The position numbers and the translations under genes are program-made. The notes under the pieces are model-generated. The model saw nothing but the letters and a program-made list of their open reading frames with translations. It made no database searches and was not told the DNA's origin. Below are positions 53,729 to 64,000 of a stretch of DNA of 64,000 bases, piece after piece (position 1 is the stretch's first letter; every line of letters begins with the position of its first letter). The DNA is from Trichinella spiralis. Lineage: Eukaryota. The DNA lies in contig NW_003526943.1 in assembly GCF_000181795.1 (NCBI RefSeq), forward strand, positions 2,103,647 to 2,167,646, given 5' to 3'.

Positions 53729-55894
53729 TTTGCCAGCAAGTGAATAAACAAAATAGTGAGCCGCATTTTAATAAAATAGTACCCCATGATAATTGGGTAA
53801 CTGGTGCAAAATTTTAAGCAAGCAAAAATAGTACGTGTGACAGGAGCAAATGTCAGCTTAACTTTTACGTAACCATTTGGGTGACATAAGTTCTGAAATA
53901 GATGGATGTTGTGAACTGTATCGACGAGTTTCATCAACACTTTTTTCCACCATATTTATTAATCATACGATCATCAAGCAGTATATATTAAAATGGACTA
54001 CTTTTTTTTGTTTTTGTCGTTTCGTTTTTGAAAATGAAATTTTTATCAACTATCTGCACCGCACTTGTTATCAGTTGTCCATTGATCACGTAAGCTAATT
54101 GTGATTTGATTTCAAACCAAACAGCTTAGCATTATTTTGAAATCTTTCTCTCGTATCACTCAACCCAATAGTTTGCACAATTTACATCACATAATTTTAA
54201 TAAATTTCATCACAAGTTTGCATGAATACAATAATCAAACTTAATTTCATGAACATTTTAAATTTATTATTGCTCATCAGTATAATAATTCAAAAGCTAA
54301 TGAATGATAAACATATTTCACTTTTGATCATCTCAGTCTGTTATTATCAGACCTAATCTTCTGATGATGAAGTGTTTACTTCTATTTTACCTTGGAGTTT
54401 TTTTATCATTCAACAGTTGCATTATGCAATAATATTGCGCAAACAATCTATCATAAAATATTTTATTTATAGCAACTGAAGAAAGTTAAATGTCATTGTT
54501 GACTTTTGACAGCTAGATTTTATCAAGCAACATTCGTGTGTAGACCAATGTTTGCTTAGTCGAGCAGTTTCAGGTACTGTTATTTTAAAATTTGAAATTA
54601 TTGCTTATTATTATCTCATAGCATATTTTAAAATTATTTATTATTTCTATTTTACAACTGCTATGTTTATTATATGTGTGAATATGTGTTTAATAATAAG
54701 TTTTCCTTTAAAATTAGTTAGTTTATAAAATCACTATTTCTTTCCTTGTTTTCAAATATTTCACGAATTAATTAATGCTAATTAATTTTCACTTACAACA
54801 ATATATGATAACTGTATTGTTTTTCATTGATTGTTATGCAAGTGACAAGTTTGGCATAATAATTTCGGTTCATGGTTTGCATGCGTATGCACATTTATCT
54901 GAAAGAATGCAAAAACGTATTGTCAATTTTTTCATTATATATTAATTACTTTATCATATTCATATTTTATTTATTTATTTAAAATATTTTATTCGTGAAA
55001 TACTTTCTGTACTTTTATATCTATTACTTATAAATGAATTTTTTCTCGCTGTATGAATTTAGTTTTTCAGATTTAAATTCAAATATTTGATTGTAGTTCA
55101 CATCAAAATGTAAGTAAAGCTGGTAATTCTACTGAATTTTTGTGTTTATACATTATAAACACATTTGCTTTACATCTGATATTTATATTACGCTCCTTCA
55201 AATAATGACACCTATCACTTACAGATAATTAAACAATTTCTAGACTATCAAATAATTACAAGCACTCTACATTAACATACAAATATATATGATTTATAAA
55301 TAAATCTGAACAAATATTTTATTATGAACGTTATTTTTCAGACTCAAATTTGTTTCAAAACACATTCACACATAAATGCATACAAATTAACAATATTATG
55401 TGCTGCATTTCAATTTCACACAAGTATAAATTTATTGCTATTATTCTATATAAAGCTTTGAGTAATCTATTTTAACTTTTTAAATGATATAAATATATGA
55501 CGACATTGTACTTTATATTGATTTTTCACTTATTTTATAAATTTTCCGACTGTAAATAAATAACTATACATAGCACTTGCATATTATACACAAAATTATA
55601 TTAAATAAAAACTGCCTGATATCCTCTAAATTATTTTCATACATGAAATAAATTATACAAATGGAAAAAATTTCTTTTAATTGAAATAAAGAGCACATTA
55701 ATAACGAACATTGAACACTAGCAATAGTAATGAATAACAATTGATAATAAATAATGTTGCTAAATTTTTGAACAGTTTGAACAAAATTAATTAAAAGCAG
55801 TGCATGCATGTGTAATATAAAAATAATGCATTGTACGTGTGAAATAAGTGAAATAACTTTGAAATTAAATAAAGTAAAAAATTTTTATGAACGC

Positions 55895-56328
55895 TTATTG
55901 ATAGCAGTCATAATTAGTCATACAATTGCAGCAATACTGGCAACCATTATTGCATTGAATCAAACGTAGTTTGTTCAGCATTTCCTGCAGTACACCATTA
56001 CAGTGTATCCGCTTAATTATTTCAGCATCGCCAATGAATTGACCTCCGATAAAAACTTGAGGAACCTAGTAAGGATGAATGTAAGCTAGGAATATAGAAA
56101 TCAGCAGTTTACTGTTTTGACGCCAGTTAAATAATGCAACGCTTCTTTGAAATATCTGCTTCGCTCTTCTCTGTCAAGTTGAACGGTTATGTGTGATCCT
56201 CGGGGTAAGCAGTACCATTGGAAAATATCATTAACCTCAGCGCAGTATCGGCAGTTTGACTGAGAAAAAATCACAACTGGATATATTCTGATCAAGCTTA
56301 ACAGAACTGTCAAAGCAGAAGCTGACAT
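55895..56328 (-). CDS. Glutaredoxin-like, CRYC, with Cys-rich C-terminal tail
   Basis: VVIFSQSNCRYC...GVKT|VPQVFIGGQFIGDAE...QCNNGCQYCCNCMTNYDCYQ*. Confidence 0.88.
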
Positions 56329-57974
56329 CTCTTGCCAAAGAGCTGAAGCACTGAAGGATTTTATTTTATACAGTATTGCAAAGATGATTAAGTGATCATG
56401 TACTGAATAATTTAAAGCTACGAACTATTTTTATTGCTTAATTATTACTTGTTACGTCATTTCTTAAATTTGATTTAAACTGCTTTTGATTTCATAAAAC
56501 GTTCAATGAGCACGTTTATTAAGAAAAACAAATAATGAAATTTGTTAGTAATGATATGTAATAATCATAAAAAGAGGAAATATAATATGAGGCCATGACA
56601 CCTCACATTATAAAATCAGGCACAAGTATTTTATTATAAAATGGGATTAAATTTACCATTAATTAATAGAAAAAGTGAAATTCTTATACTTCTCAAAATT
56701 ATAGTTTAACATAAAATTACATTTTAACTCTTGTGAACTTTAAATTAAATTAAATGCTCACTTTCGTAACTTTTATAATTTCAATTATTTGATGAATAAC
56801 TGGTTTTTAAAACATTCAATGGATTTTTGATAAGATAAATATCATGCAGGTTTAAAATCGGGAATTTTTTTACACAACTGGATTAGCTTCTATAATTTGT
56901 GTATTGAAGTATTGACTTTACAATCTACCTTAGTTGTGAGTGTTCACTATTATAACGTCAAAAGAATTATTTCTTTCATAAAATACTGCTGAAAATGCAA
57001 CGGCATACTTTATACACAATAACTTTTGCTTTTCTTAATGCTTAGTAAATTTCTTATTTATTTTTCAAACTCAAATTGTACCAACCGAACAATACATGGC
57101 TTTATTATATTCAAATGGACTTAAAATTTGAAATAATTTCTAAAATAATTATTTCAGATAAAAATGGGCAATATTCATTTTATTTACATTATTCATGTTG
57201 TTAATTCATCTAAATTGTAAATTCACTAATTAGAGAGCACTGAATATTGCTTTTTATAATAAATATGTAAAACGTAAATTACATAAATATTTCAAAAAAT
57301 AATAAATTAATTAAAAATACATTATAAACCTTTTAAATCACATTTGTGAAAATTTTCTTGATTAAATCTTAATATTGTCATATTTATTGTTTTTTGACAC
57401 TTATTTGTTTCATGATAATTCTTTGATTAATGCATAATAATGTAATTTTTGCTAAGTAAAAGTGACTGGTCATTTGCACTATCCTGATCACAACTGAATT
57501 GAAACTGGAAATTCATACGGCTATTGAAATGAACAATTTTCCCACTGTAAACAACTGATTTTTTCATTTATTTTCAATGCCTTTGTCAGAATTTAGCTAG
57601 GATATAATATTATACCTATATATATACTGATTTATATAATGCTATGTATTCTTGCTGATGTATGTTGAAGTAATAAGGTATATTGTCTTTTTTCTCATTT
57701 CACTTTTGTAGATAGAAAATAATTTCCTTTTTTATAATATATATTTAAATATGTTTGCATTTCTTTAATTAATACATTTTTATTCAATATTTATTTCAAA
57801 TTTCAGTTTCATAACAGTAAGTTTTGCTTATGTTTGATGTTTCTGATGACAAATAAAGCAAATAATCTATTTTATCAACTTTTCTCTTTACCGCATACCG
57901 TTGCGAATTACTTCCCTTCTGCCATTAGAGTTGCTTTATTAATGAAAGTCTATATAAAGAAAACATTATGAGCC

Positions 57975-59090
57975 CTCAGAGGGTCTTTTTAACCCAGTGT
58001 ATTATAAGTAATTGCATCTTTCAACCATACTTATTTATAATAATTAATTAGTTATAATGTGAGTGAGTTGGCTGAACTCACTCTTTGGTGCGGATATGGT
58101 GGTTTCTCTTCTTCTTTGGTTCTCAAAGGCCGCAACATAACGACGGATAAATTTTTCACCAACGTGGGTCTGGCGGAGGAACTTTTGGCTGGAAATACAA
58201 GTATGGTTGGCACACTGCGAAAAAATGAAAGCGATATCTCTCCAAAAATAGCCATCACTGGAGGACTTCCGTTTGGGTCCTCTCATTTCAATCTTGATAG
58301 CAAACTTACACTATTAAATTACGTATCAACAAATAATCGGTGCATCCTACTGTTATCCACCATGCCCCATGAAAGAAAGGTCTGCCCAGAAGAGGACGAC
58401 AAACCAGAAATTGTTTTAAGCTATAATGATACAAAGTCTGGTGTAGACAACTGGACCATCTGATGCGGCTCTACTCCTATAAGCGACGGAATCATCGATA
58501 GCTCATGGTATTATTCTTGAATATGCTCGATGTCGCATGAAGGGCTGTGAATGTAATACCGACAGCCAGACATCCCAAGTGGAATGCCAAACGGTCACAT
58601 CGTAGACGGTTATTTCAGTTGGAATGCGGATGAAATCTTGCAGGAAGTACACTGAAAAGTGAAGAGCAGAAAATTCACTGAGCAGTTTGTCCGGGCAAAT
58701 AAAAAAACTTTAAAAGCACTTGGGGCTAACATCGACTCCCCTGCACAGAAAAACTGACTACAAGCTAAAAAGCACTGCATCTCCTGCAGTCGCACCAGAA
58801 ATAAGAAAGTTAGACACTGCTGTGAATTATGTCGACGCTGCGCTGCATACAGCACGCCCACAAAATCTGTCCTAACTGCTATCACAGGTCAAACATCTCC
58901 ACATATATGTCACTTCAAATATAATAAATATGTCTGCGTCAAAAATTATTATTAATAAAGTCTATAATAGCTTCAAAGTACAATTTCAGTGAACTCAATA
59001 ACATAAGATGAAAAACATTCATGTCTGGGGCCCAAAAGACCCCAAAGATTCAAATATATGCATGGTGTGAATCAATGGTGGTGAAGGTCA
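57975..59090 (+). mobile_element. piggyBac-like (PGBD4-type) transposase remnant
   Basis: NITTDKFFT, VGTLRKN, LLLSTM, KPEIVLSYNDTKSGVD and a Cys-rich C-terminus, with stops and frameshifts. Imperfect inverted motifs GGGTCTTTT...CCCAG at 57981 and 59025-59043. Confidence 0.85.
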
Positions 59091-59696
59091 ATGACAGCTT
59101 GAAAGTCAAGGTAACAAACACATTTATGCATTTTTCATCATGTAATAAAATTATATCATAGCTCTATTTAATATTACATTTTTCATTCAAACATCCATTT
59201 ATAAAAGATTCCATAAACTAAGATTATCAATGCATCAGCGCTCTATGGAGTGAACGCATTTTAATAAGTTTGTTGAATTTCAGTTTGTAAAATTAAAAGA
59301 AAAGGCAAAGTAACACTAAAAATATTTAATTAATTATCAATAAATTAAATTCCAATAATAATATTTACAGTTAACTAAAATTTTCGCAATATAATTAATA
59401 CATTTTTCTAACAAAACCAATGATACTAAAAAGTATAAGCATTACCTTGTCATTTAATAAATAAAAGTTATTAATCATTTATATTAAAAATTTTTGCAGT
59501 TGCACACTAAAAAATCTCCGCAAACATGTAGATAAATAAAATTTTCACAATACTTTCGCTTTATTACAATAATCGGAAAATAAAACTAGTATAGAAAGAA
59601 AATTGCATGCAACTTTGCACACGCAAATACTGTTATATAAGCATAATAATATTAAAATGCAGCCAGTTTAATTGTACACATTTACTTTAAAAAAAA

Positions 59697-60101
59697 TTAA
59701 TCTACTAAGCCAAGTTCTTCCAGCATTCGACCAAGTTCTCCGCTCTGATGCAATTTCGTCATATTGTCACAACCGCCAATACATTTTCCATTGATAAATA
59801 TACGTGGAACCTATCAATTAAATTGTACAATTTAATATTTATTTGACTATATTATTATTAGACTTATTATTTAAACTTTATTTACTGTTCTTGCCCCCGT
59901 TATGTTTTGAAATACTTCTTTGAGTAGTTCTTCGTCAGGGCGACCATCCAGTTCAACAATGGTGTACTTTTCTTTCGGCAGTTCATAAAAATTAAACATT
60001 TCCTTTACTCTGGTACAATATGGGCATGTCAACTTAGAAAACACAGCGACTGGGTATTTTTGCACTGTCTCCAAGATAAACTGCCTGGCCATTTCACTCA
60101 T
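59697..60101 (-). CDS. GLRX: Glutaredoxin, canonical dithiol CPYC (GLRX1/glrx-10-like)
   Basis: VAVFSKLTCPYC...GART|VPRIFINGKCIGGCD...SGEL. Confidence 0.93.
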
Positions 60102-60533
60102 TCTTCATCAGTTCAAACTAAACAAAACAACATTGATTACAGTAATTATGGACATTCATGCAAAATTATGATATCGACTTAGAGCTTTCTTTTAAAATTC
60201 ATTTTTCTTATTTAATTTGATAAAAATTTAATTTATTCTGTTCTTGTTTATTAAAATTTTTTACTTTCACAAGCAAATAATTTGAACAATAAAATTACCA
60301 TAAAATAATCATTTTAACTTGCATTTTAGTAACAAGCAATTTTTGTATGTTATACTGAATGCGAATGTTATGGATTTGTTGCAAAATAGTATTATCATAA
60401 TTTTTAAAAATTTTATAAAGCATTTTTACTGTTAATGTATTTTATGACGTATTAAAAATATAACTGTTTTACCAGCAAATATTTATACATTTCGAATGCA
60501 TGAGAAATACTTTAGTTAACTTTGATATGACGA

Positions 60534-61231
60534 ATGAGTTGCACTGGATGTGCTCGGAAGTTCAAGCTTACGCGTACAGAAAAGTCTTGCACGCAATGTC
60601 ATTTTGTTTACTGTTCGAAATGCTTAAAATCAGGCTTATGCAATCGTTGCCTGCATGGTGATAAGTAAGGAACTCTTTTGCAATCTTATTTTTTGTAAAA
60701 CATTATAATGTATAGGGTTATTCCTGAACCCCCTGAAAGATTTCTCAGAAAAATTGATTTCCAAAATGAACGGGGAGGATCGAGTTTGCGCTCTCTGACT
60801 TCGCACGAAAATCTTACTCGGCCAGCTCATTGCAGTGCAAATGAAAAGGATGAATTACTGCAAAAACGATTGGATGCACTAAGGGAAACAACAAGCGCAC
60901 CTTCAAATTCATGTAACTAATGTTCAGTTAAATTTGTATCTTGTCTAACTTTTTTTAATTTTCGAATATATTTTTGTATGAATAGGTAATACTATGAGCG
61001 AGACTGCGACAGGGAAAACAAATTTGATCCACGTGAGTCAAAAATATACTTATTAGTTTCTGTTTAAGAAAATAATAATTTTAGTGCAAAGAACTGACAG
61101 ATGCTGAAAAAGTGCAGCAGATTATGAAGCAAACAGTGGATGAAGTGAAACTAGATAAAGAACTGAAAGTTGAAGGTGAAAAAATCGACAAACAACTGGA
61201 AGAACGTTTGGCTAGATTACGCATGCCATGA
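60534..61231 (+). CDS. ZFYVE19: FYVE-type zinc-finger protein similar to ANCHR/ZFYVE19, short form
   Basis: MSCTGCARKFKLTRTEKSCTQCHFVYCSKC...CNRC, PEPPERFLRKI, LQKRLDALR, QQIMKQTVDEVKLD and LEERLARLR. Confidence 0.7.
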
Positions 61232-61710
61232 CTTTATTCATTTCACCTTCAGCATGTAAAATGTTAATTCATGTGAAGAAACGTCTGCTCAAGTTGTTTT
61301 ATGAACAAATATCTGTATAGGTTTAACGTTTGTTTTCGTTCATATATAGAAATCACAAAATCACTTTGAGCATCTGCTTTGTTTACACTCTTATTCTCTG
61401 TTATATCGAGTAATTGCTTGGGAAATAAATTTATGTCTAAATCAGAGTTAAATTGAAGTTCAATTAAAATAAATTGCAAAACGAACACTTTCAAGCGTTT
61501 GTTTGCCGGAATGAAGTTATTGCTCTACAGTAATTTTTAATGTACTTAAAAATCATTAATTACTATACTTCATTTTAATAAAATATTGAGTTAAATATGA
61601 ATTTGAAAAAGCGTTTTGATTCATGTTGATTGATGATTTTCATAAGTATTTTTGGCAAGGAAAAGGTGCAGTTTTAGTTACATTTTGCGATTTTAACTGT
61701 AGGGAACGAA

Positions 61711-62574
61711 ATGGATCAGAAAACGAAACTTGAAGCTGAAGCAGAATTTAGAAGAAAGCGCCTTGAAGAAATGAAGAAAATGATGAAGCAGGATGGCAGT
61801 GAAAGTAGTAATTCTGAAAATGATGAAGTTGCTGATGAAGCTCTTGCATTGGAAGAGGAAGAAGATACTGAATCTACTGCGAAGGAAAATACCGAAACGA
61901 AGTAATGCTAATTGCTTTCTTTTGGTTAATTTTTAAAATAATAATTATCAGATCATTAGTATTTCGAAATTACTTGCCAGTTAGCGAAAATTTGAAAGCG
62001 GTTGTCAGAGAGCCAGCAAAGCCAGAAGATGGTAATTGTACTACTTTTTTGTGGTTTTATGATTTTATATGAATGCAAACGTTTTAGTTATCGAAGAGCT
62101 GCGTGTTGATATTGAGCAAGCGACAAATGTTGATAATTCTGGGGAGATTGTAAGAATGGTTTTACAGCGTAATTTCTTTTAAATGTATTTTTGTTTTTCT
62201 AGGATTTGAATTCTCTTGCACCAAGAAAAATTGATTGGGATTTAAAGCGAGATTTACAATTAAAGTTAGATAAACTTGAAAGAAGAACGCAGAAAGCGAT
62301 CGTGCAAATTATAAGTATACTATTTCAAAAAAAATTCTGTTATTCAGTTTTCAATCTATCTTATTGAACAATTGTTTTTAAACTTTTAAGAAATATTTAT
62401 AAAATCCCTGCGAATAAATAGTACTGTTTTCTTTGTTTATTTTATTTTTATAACTAAGGATTTTTATTTGCTTTAGGTGAAAGATTGAAAGCTGGAAATA
62501 ATGATTTGCTTTTATCTGCAGTAAATTCGAATGCTGAAGCTGTTGTTGACAGCCATATGTCTGATGATGACTAA
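61711..62574 (+). CDS. CCDC12: Spliceosomal CCDC12/Cwf18
   Basis: LEAEAEFRRKRL, LVFRNYLP and DLNSLAPRKIDWDLKRDLQLKLDKLERRTQKAI. Confidence 0.93.
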
Positions 62575-63659
62575 AAGCTGAATTATGTATTGGTTGTACT
62601 TGTATATCATTATGCATTAATTGAGAAAATGATAACTGGAGCAAGAGGAAATTGAGCAATATATAAAACTCATTGTCTCTAAAAGGACAAGCCTTTGTAC
62701 GGCTGTCAGTTTTTTGTTTTGTTAATATGTCAGTTTTTTATGTCAGAAAATGTGAAAACTATCACTTATTTTTAAATTAAAATTATAAAGTGCATTATTA
62801 GCAACTTTGAAATTATTAAAACCCAACATTCTTTATGTAGTTTGCCTCCTTTTTGATTATTTATATACAATGCTAAAAAATATTTACAATAAATTGTTAG
62901 AAATCATGATAATTTTATAATTTTTTTCAGTTTTGCATTTGCTTCGATTCAAGCTATTTACAGTAAGATTCATTTGTGCATATACTTTTTTCATGGTAAT
63001 GGAAATACATTTTGATTTAAGAAAAGTAAGATTTCATGAATATACTTTTCACATAATTTTTTAGAATATACAAATATATGTTGATAACAGTGTAACAAAG
63101 TGAATTACCTTATTTTAGTTACTAAAGAATTTACAGTATATTAATTCAAAATTATAACTTTTGTTGATAATTTTTATTTGTAATTATATGCTGCATGAGA
63201 AATTGAATGTATATGTAATTCAGTACATACAATTTTCCTGGAAAATATTTTCTTCTCAAAAAGGTGCTCTTTTTCAGTTTTTAATGTAGTCTGTTTAATT
63301 TATATTTACAATAAAATGTAATATTATAATACGCCAATATTTGATATAACGTTCCAATTGTTGGTTGTTTATAAAAGTTTCTTAAAAGGAGTTAAAATCA
63401 ATTTGCTCTTGTTGGATGACAACTGCCCTGTCAAACTAACCTTGCATTTTCAGCTTTGATTCTTTTATCTGATTTTTACGATAGACAGATATCATTTATA
63501 TGGTTTGTATAGTATTGTCTGATTTATAATTTTGTTGTATATAAAAATAGCTAACATAACGGTTATGCCTGTAATTATATTTCAGCAGTCAACAATCTCG
63601 AATGTAGATTCTGGAAAAAGCGACAAATTGTTTCGGGATGGTCCAGACAGGCCTCACTT

Positions 63660-64000
63660 TTCACTTATTGGTCGTTGACCGCGCTATTTTATTGGGCCGT
63701 CAAGTCGTTGTCTTATTGGTTTTCCTTGTCTAATTGCTCATTGATTCAAATCTTTCCCTTGTGATTAGCTGTAATATATTTTTATTTCATTGGTTCAAAT
63801 ATTCCATTTAGGATTACGTCACTTTAATAGTAGTGACGTAACATAAAAAATGGAAATATTTATTATTCCAAAATTTTATTGTGTCTGTTTGAAGTTTCGT
63901 CATTTATTGAAATTCTGTTTATTTAAATATATTATTTGTGGTGAAGTTTATACTTTTTCATGATCAGCATTTCTGAAAATAATTTTTATCATTGTTCTCT
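63660..64000 (-). repeat. Dispersed CCAAT/CRE-phased repeat, runs off the window end
   Basis: Inverse copy of 25102-25430 and similar to 6200-6372. Confidence 0.92.

Noticed and set aside
56581..56612. 12-bp-arm hairpin upstream of the CRYC Grx
   Set aside because: Short, AT-rich and single occurrence, so insufficient evidence of function.
63660..63800. CRISPR-like regular spacing
   Set aside because: The repeated unit is only about 5 bp, the context is eukaryotic and there are no cas genes.

Overview
AT-rich, intron-dense eukaryotic genomic DNA. Gene content, short introns and transposon style suggest a clade I nematode such as Trichinella (inference). Host genes: WDR19/IFT144 (5' part), a disabled TFG copy, intronless GPAA1, PBX/ceh-20, GALNT11, an orphan 3-exon gene, a divergent FAM134/RETREG-like ER-phagy receptor, RPL37A, FCF1, UBE3D-like, intronless SLC25A11, GRK2, a secreted PLAC/ShKT-like protein, three tandem glutaredoxins, a short ZFYVE19-like gene and CCDC12. 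A transposon cluster at about 16-25.7 kb holds a Mag-type Gypsy with a nested Copia and a second Gypsy fragment, a BEL/Pao element and a FLYWCH-MULE. Elsewhere there is a BEL solo LTR and a piggyBac remnant. The most notable observations are: (1) a dispersed non-coding module, in three copies, of 5-6 CCAAT-like boxes phased at about 24-25 bp next to paired ACGT (CRE-like) sites; (2) a glutaredoxin triplet with CPYC, CRYC and CPYS active sites, one carrying a Cys-rich CxxxCxYC tail; (3) the RETREG-like gene with a large hydrophobic expansion. Gene identities come from recalled family motifs, not database searches. Exon boundaries were read by eye.
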